A model generated the notes under the pieces. It was not told the origin of the DNA. It did not search any database and saw nothing but the letters and a program-made list of their open reading frames with translations. From contig CP154954.1 in assembly GCA_039621445.1 (NCBI GenBank), forward strand, positions 16,510,140 through 16,574,139: 64,000 bases of DNA, written 5' to 3'. How positions within the stretch are numbered: position 1 is the stretch's first letter; each line of letters begins with the position of its first letter. Below are positions 27,855 to 38,966 of the stretch, piece after piece. The stretch is from Euglena gracilis (lineage: Eukaryota). The translations under genes were made by a program, and so were the position numbers.

Positions 27855-30800
27855 GACTGGCTGTGGGCCTGTCTCCTAATTTTTTTACGTTCTCTTCCCC
27901 TCTGCATTCTGTTTCCACCATTTCTTTTTTTTATAAAACACTTTTGATGCGCGCATTTGCGCAAATGTTTCTGTCACAAGTGTTTCACCCTCTCAGTCCC
28001 CTCTCGGCTATGGTGTGTCCCCTCTCAGAATTATTTGTTTTAAACAAATAAAAAACCTGTTGATGTTGATGTGCGCAATTGCGCAAGTGAAACACACACT
28101 TTGTTGTTATGTGGTTTGAATGCCGGCCGGAGACGGTGCCCCACTGCCGTGGTGTCTGTGTACACCGCCCCCGCTGACCACCTCCGGCCTACGTCATCCC
28201 CATGCCCTCTACCCTGCCGGGGGGTGGACTTGTGTTTTTTTGGGGGGGGTTGGTGTGACCCCTCTCGTGGCTGCAGCCCCCTCTCGTGCCGTGCTGTCCC
28301 TCTCACCCGTGTCATAAATACACAAAAGAAAAAACCCCTTAGTACCACCCCCCACTCACAACCAGCGCGGGCGGAGTGCGGGGCGGCCCCTCCTCCTGTT
28401 CAGCCAGGCGCCCGGGCGACAAGCGTATCACCGCCCGCCGGGGGTTTGTTTGTCTAGTTTCTTTTTTTTCTGTGTGGTCTGCACATTCCCATCTCTTTCA
28501 ACCATCTGGTTCTTCCACCGGCACCCCTCTCACACACTGGCACGCACACCATCGTACGTTTTATTTGCGCAATTGCGCGCATCAACATCAATCGTCTGTT
28601 TTGGTGCTTCACAAAAACACCAAAGTCAAAGTCCTGGGTTGCACACAAGCCAATATGTATTGTAAACCAAGCCCCCACTGACAACTGCGGGTGTCTGACC
28701 CCACCGCCCTGCCTGCCGCACATCACCCCTGCACACCCTCTGCACCATGACACCTCTGCACCCTGGACCCCTCCTCCCTCCCTCTACCCCCTGCACACCG
28801 TACCCATCAACCCGCACCCCTTCCAAAGCCCTGTCACCCTTTCCCCTGCTTTCCTTACCAATCAAAAATTACCAAGTCCCAAGGGTCAAAGTACACACAC
28901 ACACGCACACTCCGAGGCACCGGGAGGGAACACACTGCCTGCGAGACTGCTTCCCCAAAAAAGGCTCCGCACACTCACAGGGGCGGGCAGGGTCCCGGTC
29001 CCCGGGTGTTTTTTTTTCTTCACTTTTTTCAGTGTGGGCGGGCAGGTTCCCGGGGGTTTGGCCCCCAAATTTATTTGGACACCTCTTAAAATCACATTTT
29101 CGGCCAAAGTCCCAGGGGTCTCTCCGCCAAAACCAAAAAAATTGTTTCGTTTTTGCCCTTGCTTGCCGGCGTGTCTCCTCGCCCCCCAGACCTTCACCGC
29201 CGGAATCAAAAAACTCGGGGATTTGCGCAAGTGCGCAAATAAAAAGTTAAAAGCTTAAGTGCGAATTAGGCCGCCTAAGAGGGGGGGTCCCTGGGCCCAC
29301 TTTGCAATGCACAAAACCACTACTTAAAACCCTACCCCATCCAAAAGGGCGATGGGCGAAACCTGCCAACCAGCACAAACAAAACTTCAAAAGATCAGGA
29401 CCAACAAAGACAAATGTCAAGAAATATTTATATTACGTTGCATAACAAAAACGCACTCCATTTTAAATTTGGGTTCACCCGCCGTTGCCAGATTTTGATT
29501 GTGCTGAGCACTTTGTCTTAGGCGGCGTAAACTGCCCATGATAAAATTGACTGGAAGTGGGTCCCGGAATGCCAGAAAAATGCTGCGAAAAATAGCCAAA
29601 ATTTTCGTGTTCCGCATCGTATCAAAAATTTTTCGCACCTATTGGCTGCATAACAGCTGAAGCGGAAAACCGCTTCGATGATTTCCGAAATTTATTTTTT
29701 AGCAGATTCACAGGTAAATGCGAACAAGCAAAAAGGTTGTAGAAAACCTACTACATAGACAAACAACGAAAGATGTCATCTGTCCTTCAAACACACAGAT
29801 ACAGAAAGAGAATATATACATAGCAAATACCTGCGTGCAAGTTAGACATCAGCATAACAAAGAAATTCAAGTAAGATGCCTGATGAAGCGGAATACCGCT
29901 TCATCGACACCCACAGTCATGATATGATGTTACGTCCATCTGAACCAGCTGTAACAGAAATTACAATTACATTTATGCTGTGCCGGATAAAAAGGAGGAG
30001 AGACCACGTTGCACCCGTGTGATTCACTCTGCCTGACACCGACGTTGGCCACCGTCGGGGTCGATTGTTCCTGTGAGCTGCCGGGGCCGCAAGCGGCGGA
30101 AGCAGGCACCCGGCAGCCCCGTGGCTCCCCGCCTTGCACTGCCGGAGACAGAATGGTTTTAGGCTTAGACTGAACGTAAAACTGACATATGACGTTTGTG
30201 GTGCACATGGCGGTTTGGTGGTTGTGTAATGCGCGGAACAAATGCGTAGGTCCATGAAAAGCAAATACTCTTGACAGAGGAAGCGGGTTTCCGCTTCCTT
30301 TACACGTAATTGACACAATTCACAAAAAGGGGAGAGGCTGGACCAGGTCCAATTCACTTCCCCGTACCCCCGAACGTTGCCCAGCCGTGAGGGGTTCGGT
30401 TACAGCTTTTGCTGGACCAGGCTGGCGATCGTACAGTCCAGGCTCCCCGTTCATGGTTGCACATAAACGTTACCTAGTGTACGTTGTTACCTTGCGAAAT
30501 GACTTTATGGTTTGGTCAAACGTTAAACGGTTAACAGCATCGCGCATCGCATTGCAATGCTTACGAAGCCAGGCAAAATGCAACGTCAGATTCGACAGGA
30601 AGCGGTTTTCCGCTTCTTTTAATAAAGTGTCCAATATCTTTAATGTCATTCGCGAGGTACATAACTGTTTACCGGTTGAGTGTACCATGAACAGGACAAC
30701 AGTCGTCATGTTAGCAACCAAATTGAAGAACACGGTTACAGTGGTGGACCGAAGCCAAGATTGGCATACTGCAACTCGTCGTGCTGGTACCTCATTGTTC

Positions 30801-31936
30801 GCCACTTGCGCTGAGTTGATCGAGTCCATGAGAAGTCCGCTGCAGACATGACCTTGGCGGAGTTTTTATTAATAACAACACGGAAAACGGTTTTATAAGT
30901 CCAACGCAATGAAAATGAAGCGGAAAACCGCTTCACCTACGACTGAAATCGCGATCATGTCTGTTCATACCAAGTGTGTGACCGCAAAGTACTACATAGT
31001 TCAAACTACACGCATTCAGGTGGTATAACTGAACGTGCTCTGCGGGCTGCCGCTGGCAATGGCCAGCAAAGGCCGTATGTGGCGGGGACTGCCCACCCCC
31101 ACCACGTACTGTCTGTGGTTCCCTACCAGTGACAGCCTCCTTTTTTGCTTTTACCGAGGGCAGCGGGAATCCGCTTCAAACGAAGCCACACATGTGGGTA
31201 GCGACTGTGATCACCCAGGCAGTCGGGTTCATCAGTGCACATTGGGCGCAGCTTGTTGGACGATGTGTCACTCTTCTAAGTCACATTGGTATGGACGGCT
31301 GAATAAAGACGTGAGGTCTGTGTATATACCGAGATCAAGATACTACATACGTCTGCGAGGTTGCGATCAGTTGGTTAGTCCGCAGGGTAGGGTAGTGACT
31401 GTGATCACGGCAGGCAGTCAAGCAAATGTGGGTAGTGACTGTGATCACTCAGGCAGTTGTACAAAAAAAAACAGTCAGTAATTTTAAATGAGACAGAGTA
31501 GGAAGCGTTTTTCCGCTTCCTGAAAAAACTGCTCAAAATATACGTAAATCCCACCCTACGTTTCTGAATCGCGAGGTTTCTAACCGACGTAACATGGCAG
31601 TTGTACCACCAACCACATCAATTCACCATAAGTTCCCAGGTACTCGTGTTTTGGGAAGGATTTTACCTGACATCGCGCTCTGGATGCGCCCAATTTGAGA
31701 GACCAACGTCCTGTTGCACCCCCATTTCAAAATCTAAATACACCTGCCAAACAGCACCAAGAAATCAGCAAACCCGTCTTATGAAGCGTAAAACCGCTTC
31801 ATATGTGAAACTATAAGCAATTTGTCAACGCGTTCTTAGGTTAACGGGTCATAAACAAGAGAATACCAAGAGGAAGCGGTTATCCGCTTCCTTTTGACGC
31901 ACAATATTCATATCTGGTCATTGGAACAGAGATCAC

Positions 31937-34615
31937 ATGCCAGCCGTTCCGTCGCCAGAGGAGTTGGTCCTGAACATTCGGGGCCTTCGCGCCTATTTGC
32001 AACGAGGTCGGCCTCGTTCGGGATGGGACCTATTTCATGATGCCTTCGTGGCTCGTGATGTAGGTGCCCAAGCAATTGTGGCACTGTGCTGCATGGTGCG
32101 GCTGAATCGGCGTTCACGTCGGACAGTAGAGGTGGTGCGGGAGGCCTACATGCGGTATTCCACTCACCATCCTCGGTGGCTGGGACAGCTCGCCACTGGG
32201 GCGTATGCTGTGTGGCGTACGCTGCATCGACAGGCCCAACCCCTCGCAGACCCCAATACAGTGGCCGAGAACACTTCCAGCACGCGGGCACTTCAGCAGC
32301 TTCCGAGGGCAATGCGGAGAACGCTACGGCACACCGGCGTGGTGGGTCGTACGGAGGTGCAGGTTGCAGCCCGGGCAGCGGTGGCGGCGCGGGACATCCT
32401 GGCCTCCCTCCGGAACCACCAGGTTGTCCTCTGGCTGGACAACTTCTGCTGGCTACGCTGGGGAACAGACCCGGCCACCCCAAACCTGAGCCAGAACCTC
32501 ACTGCTTTTGGAACAGTGCAGGGCATACTGATGTGTGCATGATTCAATGAATCACTGGTTGGTTCCTGAAGCAGTGAATGGCAATGAAGCGGAAAACCGC
32601 TTCATTAATACTCAATATGTTTGCATGGCTGTTTGTGGTTCAACTGTAACAAATGAATGATTCAGAAGGATGGACCCGTACTTTGCACTGATGCCGCTTC
32701 CTGCAGCTGGAGAACCTGTTGCACCGACAGGGGACGAGGACGCGTTCCTTGACCTTCCCGGTGTCTCCAGGACATCCAGAGCTGAGCGACCTGATTGGCA
32801 ACCTGGAGGTGGTGGCGTCCTCCTGTTGTACCGCATCGTTGCTGCTGCACCAAGCCGTGGGTCGGATACGACGGATGCAGCTGACGGAGACGTCGATCAG
32901 AGTACCACTGGATGTGGCGCGGACCGACATGCGGTCCCTGCAGCGGCGGCCGCTGTCGCTGACGGAGCAAGTGGTGTCAGCCAACCTGGACTTGCTGCTG
33001 GTGCTGCAGACGGCCAGGTCGCTGCAACACCTCACTCGTCGCCAGACGCCGCTGCTGGTGGATGAGAACATCCACTACAGGTGCCTGAGGCTGCTGTACT
33101 CTGCGTCGGCATCGCGGTACTACGTGTCCCGCTATCTGGCCGAGGTCCCCCTGCTGTACGGCATCTGGCACGCGTACAAGCACACGGTGACCATCGTGTA
33201 CCGGGCGTTCTTCCCGGTGCTGGCACAGCTGGAGGTGTCCCCCGGGGACCACCACCTGACGTGCAGCCTGCGGAGCCACCAGAAGGTGCTGTACATGGAG
33301 AAGCTGTTTGCCAGCCTTCTGTTGTCCCGCGAGTCGGTCATGTCCCACTCTGAGTCGCGTATAGCACCAGGGAAGCGATTTTCCGCTTGCTTCATGCTCA
33401 TTGATGCTATTTCATGATGTCCGTGGCATGCTATCTGCGACTCAGTAGTCAACTATCAACCAGAATGGGAGATTGGAGTCGCTTCAGGGACTACACGAGC
33501 TGAACAACAGCAGCAACTCCGGTCCTACCCGTACCAGCTGCTACAAGGGCTGTGGAACATCCTGGTCTTCTATGCCCCGGCCTTGCTGCACTTGGGACAC
33601 GAGGTCCGACAGTGTACCTGGAGAGGTAGACCTGAGGACGAGGTGAAGGGTACTACCGCTCGGCTGGTGCTGCAGAAGTGCCTCCTGCTGCTGATGCACC
33701 TGGAGAGCCTGATGAGTCCCGGAAGGCCGCCGTCAGAGTACCAGCGGACCATCTCCCTGGCCCTGGCTGGGGTGGCAGGACTGGATGTCCCGGCTGCCGG
33801 GCTGCGTGTTCGTGGAGGAGGCTGGTGAGGCCATGCTGTCGAGGCTGTCGTCTGCCTGCAAACGGAACCCCCACGTGACCAGCTTCGAGGGTACACTGCA
33901 GCTGTTCCTCAACCTCAGCGCCCCCTCCGGCGAGTCCCACCACAGCCGTGGCAGCCTCCGGAAGCAGCTCGTGCAGGAGATGGCACGTCGTGTTCGTGGC
34001 CTGGTTGGCAGCCCTGGTGACCGTCCATTTCCGAAGCGGGTGGACAGCACCACCGTGCGGTGGCTGGTGGACCCAGAGACCTACCCCACCTGGATGGCAC
34101 CGGAACCTCTGCCAACGCGGATGACCACTGAGCAGCTGCTGCCCGTCCTGCGACACTCCCTGCAGACGCTGGTCCGAGGACAGCGCCTCGCTGCAGACGT
34201 GGAGGAGTGGCTCAGGACCAACGTGGGCACTGTTGATCCAGATCTTCTGCAAGAAAGAGAAGAGGCGATGTACCCTTTCCTCGCGCGGAGAAGAACCAGG
34301 GCTGCCACAGCGGAAGTTCCTCTTCAGCGTCCCGATGAAGCGGAAAACCGCTTGCACGACGCGGATGAAGCGGATACCCGCTTCGATGTCAACTCAGCTG
34401 AGATGGAGGTGGCAGAGGCATCGATCGTGGTGGGTGACCAGGAGGAAGGCAGCAGTCTGTACGAGCCACCGGAGTCCCTCTACGAGCCGCCCGGTGACTT
34501 ATCGGACGGCTACGTGTCTGTGGGGGCCTCCGACGGATTGGACTGGCTGGGCTCACTGCAAGGCAGTGATATATCCGATGCTTCGTCGGACGTATCCGTA
34601 GCAGTGGTGTGTTAA
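31937..34615 (+). CDS. Element B DDE transposase-like protein, multi-exon, at least one frameshift
   Basis: Ordered motifs VVLWLDNF ... LLVDENIHY ... LYGIWHAYKH ... VFVEEAGEAMLS fit a D-D-(GxxH)-E RNase H-fold transposase pattern reminiscent of Academ/DUF6589. Exons ~31937-32510, 32707-33350 and ~33440-34615; extra G near 33771. Confidence 0.6.
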
Positions 34616-34983
34616 TGCCTCCTGATTGCTGTTTGTGGGAGATATCTGTTGCATATACGTTATTTGGGACACGTTGGGTTCACACGCTGGCTATTACTAA
34701 CTAATAGATAGGCAAATATGAGCATACCGGACCATCACCACTACAGACAGCAAGAAAATGGATACATTTTTTAAACATGGTGCTGTTTGCTCCAGGTTGG
34801 CAGTGTAAAATGGAGAGTGTTTTGCAAACAACAAGCAAAATCAAAAAAAAATCACCAATTTGGCTGTGTTTTATAAGTTCTTTTTGAAAATAAATGATGC
34901 AAATCCATTCATTTCAGCCTTATTTTCAACAGATTGCAGGAATATATACATATTTTTTGCTTTCCCTTCACAGACCAGTACAC

Positions 34984-36047
34984 ATGCCTCCGAAGAAGCT
35001 GGCGAAGGCAGACACCACGGGACAGTCGATCCCGAAGCTGCTGGAAGACGAGGAGATGTGGCTGCAGAGGGAACAGGGTTAGATTTGTGGTTCGTTTGGT
35101 GAATGAACAGATATGGATTGATAAGTGTGGCAAGATTACCCTCAGTGGAAAGACTTCTGTTGACATTCTTCATTGGAGCTAAGGTTCAGAAGCATTGACA
35201 GATAAAAAATCACTTTGGTCAACCAATGAAGCGGAAACACGCTTCATTGCCGTTATTTTTCCCACAAAAGAAAGATAACTTAACTAACCCTGTAGTCGGG
35301 CAGCTGGTTCTGGACGTTGAACTGAGCCGGGGGCAGGTCCGGCGGCCCCGTCAGGAGCACGTGAACGACCTCATCACCGAGCTGAAGAACAATCCGCCGC
35401 AGGAGCTGGTGCTGACGGTGTGGCCGGAGAGAGGTGTCCACCAGTACTCTCCATATTGTGTTGGTCGTTCCTGTGGATCAGAACCCCACGCTTCAAGTTG
35501 GTGGGTTGGCACTTTGGACATAGGACATAGGACACATGTGTGTTTCTCTGTTTCATCATATGGAAATGATCTTTCATGGGTTGTGTGGGGCTTTCTGAAT
35601 TTGTTCCCCTCTTCGCAGCTACGGGGAAGTGGGTCATCCTGAGTGGTCAACATCGTTTCCTGGCCGCGTCGGCCATCGCCGACGCCGCCATCGCCGATGC
35701 CCGGCGAGCTCCAGCCTTCACGGAGAGGTTCCGGTGCAAGGTGGTGAAGGAGAACACCAGCATCGTCGAGCGCCAGCAGCTGGCCGGCAGGTTGCAGGCC
35801 ATGGACGGCAACGTCATGGACATGACCCTGGCGGACCGCCTGCACTGGCTGCTGAAGGAGGACACCCACAACCGGGAGATTGCCGAGGTGGAAGGGGTGG
35901 CGTACAACCCCACAAAGACGGAGCTGTTGAAGAACGTGTACAACAAGACGGGATGCCGGGAGACCGTGGACGGTGCGCTGGTATGTTCTGTAGCATAGGA
36001 CGATTCTGCAGCCAGGAATAATTATGCGATATTTAATGAGCTGATTT

Positions 36048-36114
<67 letters not shown>

Positions 36115-38850
36115 GCATATGGCATAGTCAGTTCGTTGTTGGAGGTTCTAATGTGATCACAAAAGGAAGCGTTTTCCCGCTTCATTAGCCTTCTATTTCA
36201 ATTCTTGCCCTTCTCAGGGTACGTGGGTCAAAGCCATGATCCCGGTCACGGAGTGGGTGCTGCAGAGTGGGACCGAGGCTGTGGAGGTGGTGAAGAGGAT
36301 GGAGGCCCGAGGTGGGGACCGTGTGTCCCCACACACGTTCAAGTGCCTGGAGGCCATCTACCACCCGGACGACTACGCGGAGCTGGCCCAGGTGATGTTG
36401 GACGAGAAGTCCCAGCCACCAACCCAACGGCTTGTCCAGGCTCAAAAACAAAACAAAAAAAAAAATAAAAAAAAAAAAAAAAAAAAAAATGTTTCCGCTT
36501 CGTACATAAACTTTTAATTTTTAATGTATAATTGTGTTCACAGTATTCACCCATTCATCCAAAATACAAAATGGAGTCTGCTTCCAAGCACGAGACGGCG
36601 AAGCTGGTGCGCCGGAGGACCTGGACGTGGCTGCTGCAGCACCCGGAGCTGGATGCCGATGTTCTTCACCCGACCAGAAGTGTGTGCTTTTGTATAATTG
36701 TCTGCATGAATCATATTCGTGCAAGTCTGAGAGCTGCTGCCTTTGATAACTGGTTCTTTACAATGATAAACTTCAGTCTGTATCATGAAGTGTTTTTCCA
36801 CTTCACTTTAATTTGTGTTCTTTTTGCAGAGGACCTGGTGCAGGTGGCCGCGCTGGAGACCGCCTTGCAGCCGGAGCACGTCAAGGTGCCGATGACCGGA
36901 GTGAAGTGGAGGTGGTCGCCCGAAGCCCCCTGTGCGGGAACCAACTTCTGATTTGGAAAAACAATTCTCGTTTCATAGCCTGGAGTGAATGCACCCCTCC
37001 CAGTGAATGCATTCACACCCCCTCTGATGCGATGGTAATTGTCCCCCGGCATCGGCCGCCCATCGAGGTGGTACGTCGCGCACCGCTGTGGGCCGACCCC
37101 TTGTACGAGGGACTCAGGCAGCGGCTGCTGGGCCCCGTGATGGAGCCCGTCGTCAAGATCGGGGGTGTCTTCGGCACCTTGGACCTGCACGGGATGAGCC
37201 TGCCTGGCCGTGGTCCGTCAACGCCCGGCAAACCAAAGAAACTGGAGGAGGAGGTGTCCAGCACCCAGGAGATCTCCACGCCAGGCCGGGCCATGGCCAA
37301 GCGGGCTGCCCAGCCTGAGGCGCCGAAGACCGGCCTCATGCACGTGGTGCCCATGCAGTCCACGGACAACGCCTGGCCGAAGGACCTCCGTCTGCTGGAC
37401 CTGGCAGCCGTGGTGGTGGAGGTTGAGCCCCAGCAGTTCGCCGACGAGGACAGCGTGCATACCGAGGTGTTGAGGCTCATGCTGACGGGGGTGCCCATGA
37501 TCGCCGTCGGGAGGGATATCGACCTGCGAGATCTCCAAGCGCGGCTGACGAAGTTGCTGGGCAGTGAGATGACCGTCTTCCGCAAGGACATCGTCCTCTT
37601 CATCCCGCAGCCGGGGCCCGACCCGGAGTGGATCTGGGCGCGAAGGACCCTGTCCGTGTTCACCACGAACAAGAAGACCATGAAGGTGCACCATCAATTT
37701 TATTTTATGATGAAGCGAAAAAGCGCTTCCTGATAATGAGAGCACTTCTTTTCTTTTCATGTATATGTCATAGTGAGTGCATACATGTACATCGTACAAA
37801 ACAGAAATTCCCTGTTACTTCCCGTCGTAGGACCCCGGACAGATCACCTTGCAGGGGATGCACCAGGTCCCAGATTGCACTTAGCATGCTAGCAAGCTAA
37901 GAATGTTGTCTTCAGTTTTCATACTTCAATCGTGAAACTTATGTCCCGGTTGCTGAGAGCAGTGTCCACCAACCCCGTTAGATTTTGGCGATGTCTGTTT
38001 TGAAGTGCTATCCGGTGCACCCGACGTTGCCCATCTTGTTCCTGTGGAGGTGGTCTGGTGGTACCCAATGAAAATGCCTTGTCCGGAGTCAGAAGGGAAT
38101 GGGAATGCAGATACAAAACCATAAAACATTTTAGCAAAGTACTTTGAAGCGGATTTACGCTTCAATTGTTAGATCTAGAAAAAAGACACAGATTCAACCA
38201 GGTGATTTCCATTTGCATTCGTTAAACGTCACACCATGTGAAATTGAAGTTCGGTGAAAGTATGGGACAGAAGCCTGGGCCACCCTGCACCCAGATCACC
38301 GGCGGTAGCCCGTCGGCCACCCTCACTTCGCGGCCGATGTCCTCCAGGCAGCGCTGCTGGGCCTCTGCGTCGTCGGAGGGGAGGGCCGGCACGCCCCACA
38401 GCAGGTTGATGGCGCTGCCCGCCCGCACGGCCAGCTGGGCGGACAGCACCGGTCGGGAACTCAGCACCATCACCCACTCGGCGGTGGCCACCCAGCCGCC
38501 GCAGGAACCCCTGTGGCCAAGGACGTCCACCTGAGGATCGTCCGCCACGTAGCCCTGAACGTGTCCGGGTACATCCCGGAGGGGACGGAGACGGCCCCCG
38601 CACCACCGACGGAGGAGGAGCCCCCGTCCAAGGGCGGCCGGGACCCGAAGGACTTCAAGTTCAAGGAGACCAAGGAGTCCCAGGACAAGCCCAAGGAGAA
38701 GGAGACCAAGGACAAGCCGGACAAGAAGACCAAGGACACGCCCAAGAAGGGCGTCCGCGGGAAGCAGTCCGCCTCCTCGCAGCAGCCGGCTCGGCACTCC
38801 TACGAGTCGTCCCCGGAACCGCCGGAGCGCCCGACACACAGGGAGCGGCC
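34984..38850 (+). pseudogene. Element B multi-exon ParB/Srx-like domain protein, disrupted
   Basis: Spliced GQVRRPRQEHVNDLITELKNNPPQELVLTVWPERATGKWVILSGQHRFLAA, followed by MTLADRLHWLLKEDTHNREIAEVEG (HTH-like). Colinear with the A protein. Disrupted by a poly(A) tract at 36444-36489 and an inversion at 38063-38507. Confidence 0.72.
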
Positions 38851-38966
38851 TAATGGAGGATTGTCTGTGATATCTCTTTCCTTATGTCATCTCTCCAGTT
38901 GGCAGTAATTTAACAGTTCTGTTCATGAAGCGTTTTTCCGCTTCCTTATAACTGAATCAGAGTATT

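Larger units (their letters stand above)
20708..29239. promoter_or_regulatory. Dispersed element-A palindrome TTTGCGCAWTTGCGCGCA, about 16 copies
   Basis: Copies near 20711, 21250, 21619, 23900, 23943, 23978, 24017, 24997, 25951, 26048, 26074, 26490, 27948, 28070, 28564 and 29222, all in introns or intergenic DNA. The repetition is observed; the binding-site function is inferred. Confidence 0.7.
20670..29275 (+). mobile_element. Element A: 8.6-kb TIR DNA transposon carrying a transposase-like gene and a ParB-like gene
   Basis: 22-bp TIR GGCAGCCGAATTCGCACTTAAG (20670-20691) vs CTTAAGTGCGAATTAGGCCGCC (29254-29275), 2 mismatches. TA on both sides; the empty site reconstructs to CTTAAG. Two co-oriented GC-rich genes inside. 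Confidence 0.85.
29659..38944. promoter_or_regulatory. Dispersed element-B palindrome GAAGCGG-N4-CCGCTTC, about 18 copies
   Basis: Copies near 29659, 29885, 30280, 30599, 30916, 31160, 31502, 31783, 31873, 32586, 33372, 34337, 34367, 35228, 36166, 37712, 38146 and 38927. About 5-6 more in copy 2 (49775, 49896, 50220, 50900, 51422, 52116). Confidence 0.75.
29521..38966 (+). mobile_element. Element B copy 1: relative of element A, right end truncated by a retro-cassette
   Basis: Starts CTTA|GGCGGCGTAA, like the A terminus CTTA|GGCGGCCTAA. Same gene order as A. Sequence switches to a different repeat at ~38967. No matching right TIR found. Confidence 0.7.

Noticed and set aside
26468-27964. Long minus-strand ORFs (498 and 444 aa) and similar antisense ORFs
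   Set aside because: Shadows of GC-rich plus-strand exons.
29659-38944. B palindromes as terminators or CRISPR repeats
   Set aside because: Irregular spacing of hundreds of bp, no U-tract, eukaryotic intron context.
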